A stretch of DNA of 64,000 nt from an uncultured Acidobacteriota bacterium (lineage in GTDB: Bacteria; Acidobacteriota; JAQAZP01), in NCBI GenBank assembly GCA_963836075.1, contig CAWIIB010000009.1:2080001-2144000 (forward strand), read 5' to 3'. Of this stretch, positions 19,352 through 29,413 are shown piece after piece (the stretch's first letter is position 1; every line of letters begins with the position of its first letter). The notes below the pieces were generated by a model. That model had not been told where the DNA came from, did not search any database, and saw only the letters and a list, made by a program, of their open reading frames with translations. A program made the translations under genes and the position numbers.

Positions 19352-21970
19352 CTACTCCACCATGGACGTGGTGAAGTAGTCGATGGCCACGGTGCGAGTG
19401 TCCTGCATGGTCTGGTAGTGCGACGGGAAGAGAATTTCCAGCTGGTGTTCCCCGGCGGGGATGCGGAAGGGGAAGGCCACGGTATACAGTTTCCACTCTT
19501 CGGAGTCGAAGCGGATCCGCTCCTGCTGTTTGCCGTTGAGTGAGAGCAGGACCGTGGGAAAGCCGCTCTGGTCCTTGTCGGCCCGGGCCATGATCTCGAA
19601 CTGGTAGAAGCCGGTGACCCTGAAGGAAACCATGGTCTGCACCCCGGAGCGGTCATCGCCGAGGATGGTGATCTTGTCTTCGGCGCCCCACTTCGTCTTC
19701 CCGGTGGTCACTCCGTTCAACAGCTCCATGGATTCGGCTTCCACACGCTTGCCGGTGATATGGTCCGATTCGATGACCTCGAACTCGCTCTTGTTGAATC
19801 TCATTTTCAGACGGTTGGGCAGCTCTATCTTCAGTTCGCGGTCGTTCTCGGCCACCACTTTCCCCGTGAACTCCCGGCCGTCGTCCATCCGCAGGGAGGC
19901 CCAGTAGGGGAACCTGGGGGCAGTGCTTTGCTGGCGCATCGATTCCCAGAACTCGATTCGTTCCTCGGCGCGGTCACGGATGAACGGGGTGTTGCCATGG
20001 GTGGCGAGGCAGCTCTTCCAGTCGCGGATCCGGGCCTCCGGGTCGTTGTTTCCCAGGCGGTCCCGGGCGATGAACTTGTCCAGGGCGTCCTGCTTGCTCA
20101 CCACTGCCTTCCAGTGGCTGATCCGGCCTTTCGCTTCCTCGGCGCTGCTCCCGGCGGGGAATCCTTCCAGGTAGGCCCGCCAGTTTTCCAGCGCCGCCCT
20201 GGGATTTTCCCCGCCCGTGCCTTCGGCGGTGATCGCCCGGTCGAGCATCTCCTCTTCCATGATGATCTTCCCGCCGGACCCTGCGGTCTCCGTGCCGGCC
20301 GTACTATCGCCACCATCGCTGGTTATGCTGCCCGCCTCGTTGGCCAGCCGGGCAGCTTCGGCCTGGAATTCCTCGCCGGCTTTATCCAGCAGGAACAGGG
20401 CCGACTGTTTGAGGGTGTAGCCGGCGATGATTCCACTGCCGGCAAAGAAGAGGAAAAGGATAAAGACGAAGATCACCGGTTTGGGCAGATTCGGAAAGCT
20501 GTCCACGGTCTGCTGCAGGTGTTTTATCGTGCCCACCACGGCCACCAGCCCGGCTATCAGGGCCAGGAAGTAGACGCCCGTGGCGAGGATGAACTTGTCG
20601 CTCAGGGCCAGCGCGACGCCGCCGCTGAACAACAGCAGCGTGGCCAGCAGCGGAACGGACAGCCCCCGGGGCAGGCTGGAGAGATCGAAACCGCGGCCCT
20701 TCTTTTTCCGTGTCGCCGCTGTTTTCCCGGGGCTCTGCGCCACGGCCTGGTCCGGAGCTGTCGCGACCTCCGGCAGGATGGCCGGTGCCGCCTCAGCGGG
20801 TGCCGGTGTGTCGTCCAGGTCCGGGAGCAGCGGTTCGGCCGGCGGCGGCTCGTTGCCCATTATGGTCATCTCGTCGGCGGCTGGGCTGGCCAAGGTGGCG
20901 GGAATCTCTCCACAGATCAGGCAGATGCCGTCGGTCCCCTTCGGTCCTCCGCAGCCGCTGCAGACATCCACCCTCTCTCTTTCCGGTTCCGCACTAAGCG
21001 GGGCCAGCGGTTCGAAGGGGGAAGCTTCCGTTTCCCGCGCCGGCCCTGCCGCTTCGGGTGCGGCCGGTTCGGTTTCCACGGCCGGCCCCGGATCCTCGAC
21101 GTCCAGCAGAGCATCCAGCGAAATCCCGGCCTGCGTATCGGGCTGAGTCTCACCGGGTTGGGCCGGCTGGTCGGTCGGCATCATATCCTGCGGTATCTCC
21201 GCCACCACCGGTTCAGGCTGGACCGGCGGTTGCAGGGCCGGCTCGGGCGGGGGACAGATCAGGCAGGTACCGTCATGTTCCATGGGCCCGGCACAGGCGG
21301 GACAGACTCCCAGATTTTCAGGGGAGAGGAGGGCCGAGAGATCGTTCTCGATGGATATGGAATCGTCCGGCGCCGGCGCGGGCGAGTTGTCCGAGGCCCC
21401 CACTTCGATGTCTTCGCCGCCCGAATCCGCCTGAGCCATCTCGGGCTGGAGCGGATTCTGCTGCAATAGATCGGGGTCGAGCAACGAATCCACCGCTGGC
21501 AGTTCGATCTCCACGGCTCCCATGTCATCGGCGGCGGGCGTTTCCAGTTCCCGCGGCTTGCAGATCACACAGACCCCGCCTTCCTGCAGCTCTCGCCCGC
21601 AGAAAGGGCAATTCTGGTCGACGATTTCCGGCGGGGGTGGTGTGACCGCTGGTTCCGCGGCAATCTCCGGCGGCGGAGGTGGCGGTGGTGGTTCGAGCAC
21701 CGGTTCCGCTGCGAGCTCCGGCGCGGGAGGCTGAACTTCGGCCACGGCTCCCAGGTTGCGCAGCATGGCGGCACAGGATTCGGCCTGCTGGAGGCTCATG
21801 TTGCGTTTGAACACCCGGGGCGTCTGGCGGACGCTGGCCACCATCCGCTCGTATGGCTTGCTGAATTTTTCTGACAGCCGCCGTGCCACGGCATCGATGG
21901 CCTCCTCGCTGCCGTCACCGGCCGCCACGAAGAGAACCAGGTGTTGTCCAACTTCCTGTGTGCTGCCCAT
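19352..21970 (-). CDS. Large membrane protein: L7/L12-CTD-like N-domain, three Cys4 zinc-ribbon modules in acidic Pro-rich linkers, three TM helices, extracytoplasmic C-domain
   Basis: CPFC..CVIC, CPAC..CLIC and CSGC..CLIC motifs. Hydrophobic segments in the middle of the protein. Confidence 0.75.
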   Translation of the reverse strand: MGSTQEVGQHLVLFVAAGDGSEEAIDAVARRLSEKFSKPYERMVASVRQTPRVFKRNMSLQQAESCAAMLRNLGAVAEVQPPAPELAAEPVLEPPPPPPPPEIAAEPAVTPPPPEIVDQNCPFCGRELQEGGVCVICKPRELETPAADDMGAVEIELPAVDSLLDPDLLQQNPLQPEMAQADSGGEDIEVGASDNSPAPAPDDSISIENDLSALLSPENLGVCPACAGPMEHDGTCLICPPPEPALQPPVQPEPVVAEIPQDMMPTDQPAQPGETQPDTQAGISLDALLDVEDPGPAVETEPAAPEAAGPARETEASPFEPLAPLSAEPERERVDVCSGCGGPKGTDGICLICGEIPATLASPAADEMTIMGNEPPPAEPLLPDLDDTPAPAEAAPAILPEVATAPDQAVAQSPGKTAATRKKKGRGFDLSSLPRGLSVPLLATLLLFSGGVALALSDKFILATGVYFLALIAGLVAVVGTIKHLQQTVDSFPNLPKPVIFVFILFLFFAGSGIIAGYTLKQSALFLLDKAGEEFQAEAARLANEAGSITSDGGDSTAGTETAGSGGKIIMEEEMLDRAITAEGTGGENPRAALENWRAYLEGFPAGSSAEEAKGRISHWKAVVSKQDALDKFIARDRLGNNDPEARIRDWKSCLATHGNTPFIRDRAEERIEFWESMRQQSTAPRFPYWASLRMDDGREFTGKVVAENDRELKIELPNRLKMRFNKSEFEVIESDHITGKRVEAESMELLNGVTTGKTKWGAEDKITILGDDRSGVQTMVSFRVTGFYQFEIMARADKDQSGFPTVLLSLNGKQQERIRFDSEEWKLYTVAFPFRIPAGEHQLEILFPSHYQTMQDTRTVAIDYFTTSMVE

Positions 21971-22099
21971 CGCTTCCCTGTACCTGGCCGAACAGAGGCT
22001 GTCCGGCGCGGTCCTCGGGGACCTGTTATTGAAACGTCTCTTAGTGAATCGCGCGATCGGGCGTCGGGCTTGAGGGAAATATTTACTCTGGGTGGGTGA

Positions 22100-24127
22100 T
22101 CAGCGGCCTGACGTCCCCGGGGTGTCCGGGTCAGCGGTGGAAAAATCCTGGAGGGCGGATTCCAGATCGGCCCCGGCCTGCTCCCAGCGATGGTAGAGTT
22201 GGGCCAGTTCCTCGCTGATCCGGTTGAGCCGGCCGGTGAGCTCCTTCATCCGGATGCCGTCGGCAAAGACGGACGGATCGGCCATCCGGGACTCGATATC
22301 GCTCCGCTCCTCCTCGAGGGTCTCGATCTCCGTCTCGCAGGTCTGCAGCAACTGACGTTGTGCGGCGGTGGCCCGGTATTGCCGGTTCCGCAGCTGGGCT
22401 TCCGAACGGCGCTGGGCCTTGCGCTGAATCTCGCCCCCGCTGTTCCGGGGGGCCTCCGGCTGCTGCCGCTTCTCCGCGGAGGGGGCGGCGGGTCCGGCCG
22501 TCCCGCGGTCATCGCCGCGGCCGCTCTTTTCCAGGAAGTAGTCGTAGTTTCCAGGGTAGTGGGTCAGCCGGCCGTTTTCCACATGGATCACCCTGGTGGC
22601 CACGCTGTTGATGAACCAGCGGTCGTGGGAGATGAAGCAGAGGGTCCCCCGGTGGTCCCGCAGGGCGTGCTCCAGGACATCCCTGGAGGCCATGTCCAGG
22701 TGGTTGGTGGGCTCGTCCATCAGAATCAGGCTGGCCGGCTTAAGCAGCATGCGGGACAGGGCCAGCCGGCTTTTCTCCCCACCGCTGAGCACGGCCACTT
22801 TCACGTCCACGTCATTGCCGCTGAAGCGGAAGGCGCCGAGGATGTCGCGGACCATGGGGGCGGTGGTGATGTCGGCGCTGCTCAGCAGCTCCTCGAGGAC
22901 GGTGCGCTTGGGGTCCAGCGCTTCCAGCTGGTGCTGGGCGTAGTAGTAGATGTCCACATTGTGTCCCGGCTCGCGGAATCCCGCCTCGAAGGGCAGCACT
23001 CCGGCCAGAATCTTGAGCAGCGTTGATTTCCCCGCTCCGTTGTCCCCCACCAGGGCGATCTTTTCGCCCCGGCGGATCAGCAGGTCGAGGTCGCTGTAGA
23101 TGGTCTTTGACCCGTATCGTTTTGCCACCCCGTCCAGGCGCATGACATCCTGGCCGCTCCGCCCGGGCTGCGGAAAGGTGAAGCGGACTTTTTTCTCCTC
23201 CCCCTCCACCTCGATCCGCTCGATTTTGTCCAGCATCTTCATCCGGCTCTGGGCCTGGCGCGCCCGGTCCTTGCGCACCCGGTTGCGGGCGACAAAGTCC
23301 TCGATCTGCTTGATCCGCTGGTCCTGCCGTTTCTTCGAGGCCAGCAGGATCTCGCGGCGCTGGGCCCGCTCCTCGAGGTAGAAGTCGTAGTTGCCGGCAT
23401 AGACCGCCAGCTTGCTCCGGGCCAGTTCCACGGTCCGCGTGGTCAGCCGGTTGAGCAGCCAGCGGTCGTGGGAGATCAGGATGTAGGTCCCCGGGTAGTC
23501 CAGCAGGTGCTCTTCGAGCCAGATGGTGGAGGAGAGGTCGAGGTGGTTGGTGGGCTCGTCCAGCAGCAGCAGGTCGGGCCGCTCGAAGAGGATTCGGGCC
23601 AGGGCCAGCCGCATCCGCCAGCCGCCGCTCAGGGTGTTCAGGGGGCGCTGGTGGTCCGCGTCGGTGAAGCCAAGGCCGGAGAGGATCGACTTGGCTTCCG
23701 CTTCGTAGCTGAACCCGCCCTCGCTTTCAAAGCGCTCCTGGAGTTCCCCGTAGCGCTGCTGCCACCGTCGATGCTGCTCCGGGTCGTCTCCCGCGCCGTC
23801 CCCGGCCATCTGCTCTTCCAGCCGGCGCATTTCGGCTTCCATGGCCGGCAGGCCGGCCCGGACCTCGAGGATGTTCTGCAGGACCGTTCCGCCCTCCAGC
23901 GGCTCGATTTCCTGGGGCAGCAGGCCCACACGGACCGCGCGCCCCTCCCGGGCCAGTTCGCCGCTGTCCGGCGATTCCTGGCCGGCCAGCAGGCGGAAGA
24001 GGGTGGTCTTGCCCACACCGTTGGCGCCCACCAGGCCGATCCGCTCCCCGTGGCCCACAAAGAGGCTCACGTCGTTGAGGACGATGTTTTCGCCGTAATT
24101 CTTACTCAGCCCGCTGGCTCGAAGCAT
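22100..24127 (-). CDS. ABC-F family ATP-binding protein (YheS/Uup-like)
   Basis: Two ABC cassettes (GANGVGKT/LSGGW/LLDEPTNHLD and GDNGAGKS/LSGGE), no TM segments, C-terminal coiled coil. Confidence 0.93.
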   Translation of the reverse strand: MLRASGLSKNYGENIVLNDVSLFVGHGERIGLVGANGVGKTTLFRLLAGQESPDSGELAREGRAVRVGLLPQEIEPLEGGTVLQNILEVRAGLPAMEAEMRRLEEQMAGDGAGDDPEQHRRWQQRYGELQERFESEGGFSYEAEAKSILSGLGFTDADHQRPLNTLSGGWRMRLALARILFERPDLLLLDEPTNHLDLSSTIWLEEHLLDYPGTYILISHDRWLLNRLTTRTVELARSKLAVYAGNYDFYLEERAQRREILLASKKRQDQRIKQIEDFVARNRVRKDRARQAQSRMKMLDKIERIEVEGEEKKVRFTFPQPGRSGQDVMRLDGVAKRYGSKTIYSDLDLLIRRGEKIALVGDNGAGKSTLLKILAGVLPFEAGFREPGHNVDIYYYAQHQLEALDPKRTVLEELLSSADITTAPMVRDILGAFRFSGNDVDVKVAVLSGGEKSRLALSRMLLKPASLILMDEPTNHLDMASRDVLEHALRDHRGTLCFISHDRWFINSVATRVIHVENGRLTHYPGNYDYFLEKSGRGDDRGTAGPAAPSAEKRQQPEAPRNSGGEIQRKAQRRSEAQLRNRQYRATAAQRQLLQTCETEIETLEEERSDIESRMADPSVFADGIRMKELTGRLNRISEELAQLYHRWEQAGADLESALQDFSTADPDTPGTSGR

Positions 24128-24216
24128 GGGCGGTCCTCATCGGACGGGTATGGTTTCCCGGCCGCGGCCGCAGCCAGGAACGAGGGAGACGGGCGGTATT
24201 GAGCGGCCGGGACGGG

Positions 24217-24561
24217 TCAGACCTTCAGCTCGTAGAGAAAGCGCTTGCAGTTCTCGCAGTTGCGAAGGCTCTCGTGATCGGTGGAACCGCTGGTGGGCTG
24301 GCGAATGAAGCAGCCCAGACAGATGTTGTCCGTGATCGGTACCACGGGTCGTTGATACTTTTTTCTCAGCTTGTCGTAGAGCGCGAGAGTCTCGGGTTCG
24401 ATTTCCTGCGCCACCTGCTCCCGTTTTTCCTTGAGCTTGTCCAGGCCGTCCATCAGGAAGCCGAGCTTCTTTTCGAATTCGGCCGCACGCTGGTTTTCCG
24501 TGTCCTGAATCAGCTGGTCAAGGTTGTGGAGGTTCATCAACCTCTGCACTTCTTCCCTCAT
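24217..24561 (-). CDS. C4-type zinc ribbon domain protein (DUF164-like)
   Basis: Short coiled coil plus CLGC...CENCKRFLY. Confidence 0.75.
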   Translation of the reverse strand: MREEVQRLMNLHNLDQLIQDTENQRAAEFEKKLGFLMDGLDKLKEKREQVAQEIEPETLALYDKLRKKYQRPVVPITDNICLGCFIRQPTSGSTDHESLRNCENCKRFLYELKV

Positions 24562-24562
24562 C

Positions 24563-25021
24563 TCACCCCTCCAGAATCTTGAGAAAGTCTTCGAAGGAAT
24601 CGGTATCGATCAGTTTCTTGCGCCGCTTGTCGTCTTTGACCATCTCGACGATCTTTCCCAGCAGGGGCAGGTAGCGGTTTCCCTTGTCCTGGTAGGGGGC
24701 GAGGATCATGAAGACCAGATGCACCGGCTTTTTGTCCACCGCGCCGAATTTGATGCCCTTGGGTATCCTGGCGAAGATCACCGTCAGGTCGTTGCAGCCG
24801 AGCGAGCGGCTGTGTGGAATGGCCACCTGCTTGCCGATACCGGTGCTGCCCAGCTTCTCACGCTCCAGCAGGGTATTGAGGATCACGTTGCCGTAATCGA
24901 GGCCCCGAGCTTTCACCAGGTGATCCACCATCTGGCTCAGGGTGTCTTCCTTGTCCTTGGGGGCGAGGTCGGGTATGTAAAGATCGTGGTGGAAGAAAGA
25001 GGCCAGGTCCGGGTTGTCCAT
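24563..25021 (-). CDS. PTS IIA component, PtsN/fructose-mannitol IIA family
   Basis: EREKLGSTGIGKQVAIPH phospho-His motif. Confidence 0.88.
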   Translation of the reverse strand: MDNPDLASFFHHDLYIPDLAPKDKEDTLSQMVDHLVKARGLDYGNVILNTLLEREKLGSTGIGKQVAIPHSRSLGCNDLTVIFARIPKGIKFGAVDKKPVHLVFMILAPYQDKGNRYLPLLGKIVEMVKDDKRRKKLIDTDSFEDFLKILEG

Positions 25022-25150
25022 TTCACCGAGGCTCCTATTCTGTGAACGTCCGGCCCATGGACTACCATGGGAACCGATCCGTCCATTGCCCGTCTAAATC
25101 TATTATAGAAGCGGGGCGGGGTCAATCATGAACATAACCCGGTATCCCGG

Positions 25151-25852
25151 TCAGCGGTCCCAGCGGCCCTCCAGGTCCCGCCGTTTTCGCACCAGATATA
25201 CCAGATTTCCCAGGCCGTCGCGCCAGGGCCGGAGTTTGCTCGGTCCCACACGTGCCTTGTGGGTGTAAGGTACCGGGAACTCCCCGGCCCTGAATCCCCT
25301 GCGGCAGAACGTCTCGATCTTGATCTCTTCGGAGAGCGCCATCCCGTCGCTTTTCAGCTGGATCTCCTCCAGCAGCCGGCGGCGAAAAATCCACATCCCC
25401 GACTGTGAGTCCCGCAGGCCGATGCCGTAGATCAGCCGGAAGGAGAGGGTCAGGGCCATGTTGCCCAGGAACCGTTTCAAGGTGCTCAGGCTCAGTTCAC
25501 GGTTTTCCAGGTAGCGCCGGCAGGAGATGAAGTCCAGGGATTCGTCGAAAAAGTGGTCCAGGGCCGGCTGGATCATCCGGCAGGGGTAGGTTCCGTCGCC
25601 GTCCAGGGTGACGATGATGCCGTCGGTCACATGTTCAAAACCGGTCTTCAACGCCCGGCCGTACCCCCGTCGCGGTTCGGAAACCACCGTGGCCCCCAGC
25701 CCGGAGGCCACTTCGGCCGTCCGGTCGGTGGAACCGTTGTCCACCACCACCACCTCGTCAACAAAGGGCGGCACGATCTCGATCACCGCGCCGATTCCCC
25801 TCTCCTCATCGAGACAGGGGATGACTAGAGAGATTCTTTCGTTTCGGAACAT
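25151..25852 (-). CDS. GT2 glycosyltransferase (DPM1-like, polyprenol-phosphate type)
   Basis: VIPCLDEE, VDNGSTD, GYGRAL, DGDG and DSQSGM motifs. Confidence 0.88.
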   Translation of the reverse strand: MFRNERISLVIPCLDEERGIGAVIEIVPPFVDEVVVVDNGSTDRTAEVASGLGATVVSEPRRGYGRALKTGFEHVTDGIIVTLDGDGTYPCRMIQPALDHFFDESLDFISCRRYLENRELSLSTLKRFLGNMALTLSFRLIYGIGLRDSQSGMWIFRRRLLEEIQLKSDGMALSEEIKIETFCRRGFRAGEFPVPYTHKARVGPSKLRPWRDGLGNLVYLVRKRRDLEGRWDR

Positions 25853-26976
25853 GACGTTGCCGCCGCTCCCTTTCCCGGCTCGGAGCCGGGCCCGCCGACC
25901 CTGATCCACTCCCGCAGCAGGCGGGGGAGCATCCGGGGATTGAAGATGATGCTGTTGGTCAGAAAACACTCGTAGGTGCAGAAACAGCCGCTATCGTGAA
26001 TGTGGCGCCGCACCGCCTCGGCCTGGCCGCCGCGCCAGATCCGCTGGAAATCGAGACCCTCCTCGCGCAGGCTGCCCAGCTTGCGGTCCAGCAGCTCGCA
26101 GGGGTAGACCTCGCCGCGGCTGGTGATCACACAGCTCAGACTGGCCGCGTAGCAGGGAACCTGCTGCTGGTTTTCCCTGATGATCTTCCCGATCACCTGC
26201 TGGCGGACGTTCTTCATCGCGTTGATCAGCCCGGCAAAGCCGAAGCGGCTGTACCCCTCGAGACGACCCAGCCGGACCTCTTCGCCGAGGAGCCTGACAA
26301 AGGCCTCGTACCGCTCGGGGTCCACTCCCGCCGCCGCAGGGTCGCGGGGCGTCCCGCGGACCAGCAGCGGGTTGATGCAGCGCACGCGGAGCTCCTCGCT
26401 GAGGAAACGGTAGAGCTCTTCCAGGCGGTGCTGGTTCAGAGCCGAGACGGTCACCGCCACGTTGAGGTTGAAGCCCGGCCGGCGGTCCCGCAGCTGCTCC
26501 AGGCCCCGGTAGGTCTCCACCGCTTTCCGGAACAGCCCCGGGGTGCCCCGCAGACGGTCGTGTTCGGCCCCCACGCCGTCGAAGGAGACGTCGATGCCCA
26601 GGTCCATCTCCGGGCAGAGGTCGAGAATTTGCTCCACCCCGTTCACCACCCGTTCGGGCATTGACCCGTTGGTGGGTATTCCGGTGTTTCGCACATGGTT
26701 GTTGCGGTGGAATATCTCTACGATTCGGGGCAGGTCCTGGCGCAGGAACGGTTCGCCGCCGGTGGGGAGGAGGAAGAGGATCTCACCCATTCCCCGGCTG
26801 ATCGCTTCGTACTCCTCCAGCGTCAGTTCGCCCTCCCGGCCCGGACGGTCCTCGGGGCCCAGCAGGCAGTGCAGGCAGTTGGCCGTGCAGCGCTCGGTGA
26901 TGAAGAGGACCACGTAGAGCGGATCCTTGCCCCGCTTGCCCAGCAGCCGGTCGGCAAAGTGGAGGTATCCCTTCAT
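25825..26976 (-). CDS. Radical SAM protein with SPASM/twitch-type domain
   Basis: CTANCLHC, TGGEPF, C-terminal CYAA...GEVYPCE...CFCTYEC. Confidence 0.88.
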   Translation of the reverse strand: MKGYLHFADRLLGKRGKDPLYVVLFITERCTANCLHCLLGPEDRPGREGELTLEEYEAISRGMGEILFLLPTGGEPFLRQDLPRIVEIFHRNNHVRNTGIPTNGSMPERVVNGVEQILDLCPEMDLGIDVSFDGVGAEHDRLRGTPGLFRKAVETYRGLEQLRDRRPGFNLNVAVTVSALNQHRLEELYRFLSEELRVRCINPLLVRGTPRDPAAAGVDPERYEAFVRLLGEEVRLGRLEGYSRFGFAGLINAMKNVRQQVIGKIIRENQQQVPCYAASLSCVITSRGEVYPCELLDRKLGSLREEGLDFQRIWRGGQAEAVRRHIHDSGCFCTYECFLTNSIIFNPRMLPRLLREWIRVGGPGSEPGKGAAATSCSETKESL

Positions 26977-26996
26977 CGGTCTCCCGTCCGCTTCGG

Positions 26997-28022
26997 TCAG
27001 TAGCGCTTTCCGGCCAGACCGAAGGAGAGGCCCCCCCAGCAGAGCCCGGCGCTAATCCAGAACAGGTCGAGAAGGATCAGCGGGATCCCGCGCAGGGCGA
27101 AAAGCAGGCCGCCGCGCTGCACCATGAACCCGATAAATCCCCCGTGAAGCAGCAGACTGAGCAGCAGGCCGGCGGCGCCGCCGGCGGCAACCGGCCAACT
27201 GCCGATCACCGCGGCCAGGGCCAGCAGTACCAGCGAGGCCGATCCCAGCGCCACGCCGGCGATCACCGCGGTGGGCACCGAAGTCCTGTTCAGCTTCCTT
27301 CGCTTGCCCCGGGCGGCACCCGCACGGCGGCGCCGCAGCAGCAGCCGGGCCAGCTCGGCCGACCGCCGGAAGTCGGTGGTCAGCAGGGAGGGCAGCGAGT
27401 ATTCCTTACGGTGGTCCACCAGGAACCCCCGCCGAATCTCGATCTTTGCCTCCGCGTCACCCAGCCGCTGCCCGAACTCGGTGTCCTCCACCGCCGGTGT
27501 CCGGTATTCCTCGTCAAAACCGTTCAGGTCGAGAAAGAACTGCCGCCGGATCGCCGCCGCGGTGGTGTAGAACAGGGTCAGCGGGCCGCGCAGCCGGCGG
27601 TAACTGTACGACATCCACAGGTTCTTGAATCGCGAACAGTAGCGCTCGTAGGTCGCATCCGGATCCTGGATGCCCACCACTCCCAGCAACTGCGGGTCGG
27701 ACAGGGCCAGTTGCAGGGAGATGAACGCCCCCTTGCCGAAGACCACATCCGAGTCGGTGAAGACCAGCACTTCACCCCGGCTGGCCCGGGCGCCGGCGTT
27801 GCGCGAGGCGGATACGCCCTCGGCGGCCGGCACGTAGATCACTCGGCAGCCCCGGTCCTCGGCGATCTCGGCCGAGCGGTCGGCCGAGCCATTGTCCACC
27901 ACCACGATATCCATCCGGCCATCATCGAGGCCGGCTTCTTTTGCGCTCTCCCGGATCGAGGTGAGACAGCGGTCCAGCGTGGCGGCCCCGTTCTTGACCG
28001 GGATTACCACTGTGAAGGTCAT
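26997..28022 (-). CDS. GT2 glycosyltransferase with C-terminal TM helices
   Basis: VVIPVKN, VDNGS, RNAGA, TDSD and ED motifs. Confidence 0.85.
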   Translation of the reverse strand: MTFTVVIPVKNGAATLDRCLTSIRESAKEAGLDDGRMDIVVVDNGSADRSAEIAEDRGCRVIYVPAAEGVSASRNAGARASRGEVLVFTDSDVVFGKGAFISLQLALSDPQLLGVVGIQDPDATYERYCSRFKNLWMSYSYRRLRGPLTLFYTTAAAIRRQFFLDLNGFDEEYRTPAVEDTEFGQRLGDAEAKIEIRRGFLVDHRKEYSLPSLLTTDFRRSAELARLLLRRRRAGAARGKRRKLNRTSVPTAVIAGVALGSASLVLLALAAVIGSWPVAAGGAAGLLLSLLLHGGFIGFMVQRGGLLFALRGIPLILLDLFWISAGLCWGGLSFGLAGKRY

Positions 28023-28249
28023 TCGCGGCAGTTCCCCGGTTCTCCACGGCATTGGTCGTCGCCGCCCTTCCGCCCTGGCTCGCAAGCCTTTTTATATCAT
28101 TGAGATGCCAAGATCGCACCGCAGCCTTTTCCCTGTGTGGACTATAGCCCGTAACAGTGGGCCAGTCAAACCGCCCTGGCCGGTACAGGCGGAGCGAAGG
28201 TGGACTGTCCTCTCCTTCTGCTACAATTGCGCAAGCAGTGGAGGAGTTG

Positions 28250-29413
28250 ATGAACGATCCGAACCACAATGTGCTGCAGGACGAACTGCTGGAGCTGATC
28301 CGCACCGAGGGGCCGATCAGCTTTGCCCGGTTCATGGAACTGGCGCTCTACCACCCCCGTCACGGTTTCTACACCAGGGGCGGTGGACCGTGGGGCGCCC
28401 GCCGGGACTATGTGACCAGTGTTGACGCCGGCCCGGTATTCGCCTCCCTAATGCTGCAGCTGTTCCGGGCGTTCTGGCAGGCCCTGGGAGAACCGGGGGA
28501 GTACCTGCTGGTGGATGCCGGGGGTGGGGACGGGAGGTTTGCCTCATCGGTGGAGGAGGAGGCCCGAAACGATCCCGATTCCTTTTCCTCTGCGCTGCGC
28601 CCGGTCCTGGCCGACCGTTGTGCCGCCGGTGCGGAGTCTGTTCTCCCGCAAATCACCTTCCCGCCGGCCGCGGGTCACCCCCCCCTGGGGCCCTGCTGTG
28701 TCTTTGCCAACGAGCTGCTGGATGCCCTGCCGGTCCACCTGGTGCGCATGGCCGGGGGCCGGCTGGAGGAGGCGCTGGTGACCGGGCGAGCGGGGAGCCT
28801 GGCCTTCGACTGGTCCGAACCCGGCGGCCCGGAGCTGGCTTCATACTTCGAAAGCCTGGGCATTACCCTGGCGGAGGGCCGGCAGGCGGCGGTGAACCTG
28901 GAGGCGGAGAGATGGATTCGGGAGGCGGCCCGGGGCATCGAAACAGGGCACCTGGTGATCGTCGATTACGGGTATCCTGCCCCCGTTCTCTTCTCTCCCG
29001 AAACGGCCGCCGACCCGGTGCGCACCTATCGCGGCGGGCGGGAGGGCGGCGGTCTGCTGGAGGGCCCGGGCCGGCAGGACATCACGGCCATGGTCGATTT
29101 CAGTTCGCTGACCCGCTGGGCCGTGGAGGCCGGGTTCACCCTGCACTGCCTGACCGACCAGTATCGCCTGCTGCAGCGCCTGGCGGAGCAACTGTCCGGC
29201 GACCCGGCGGCCTGGGAACGGCTGGCCGGCAGCGGTGCCGCTGTCCCGGCCACGGAGCGGTTGAGGCGGGGGATGGGGCTGCGGGCCCTTCTCTCACCCG
29301 AGGGGATCGGCGGGAGCTTCCGTGTGCTGGTGCTCTCCCGCGGGGCCGTTCAGGCCCTGCCTCTGCTCCGCGGGCTCAAGGTCCCGCCGGGGATCGGCAT
29401 CAGGATTGAATGA
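28250..29413 (+). CDS. SAM-dependent methyltransferase, MidA/NDUFAF7 family
   Basis: GPISFARFMELALYHP, DYVTS, ANELLDALP, VDYG and QDITAMVDF motifs. Confidence 0.88.
   Translation: MNDPNHNVLQDELLELIRTEGPISFARFMELALYHPRHGFYTRGGGPWGARRDYVTSVDAGPVFASLMLQLFRAFWQALGEPGEYLLVDAGGGDGRFASSVEEEARNDPDSFSSALRPVLADRCAAGAESVLPQITFPPAAGHPPLGPCCVFANELLDALPVHLVRMAGGRLEEALVTGRAGSLAFDWSEPGGPELASYFESLGITLAEGRQAAVNLEAERWIREAARGIETGHLVIVDYGYPAPVLFSPETAADPVRTYRGGREGGGLLEGPGRQDITAMVDFSSLTRWAVEAGFTLHCLTDQYRLLQRLAEQLSGDPAAWERLAGSGAAVPATERLRRGMGLRALLSPEGIGGSFRVLVLSRGAVQALPLLRGLKVPPGIGIRIE

Noticed and set aside
29294-29413. 120-nt convergent overlap of the MidA-like and phosphoesterase genes
   Set aside because: The overlap lies in tails beyond the recognisable domains. 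This is common in GC-rich genomes or could be another indel.
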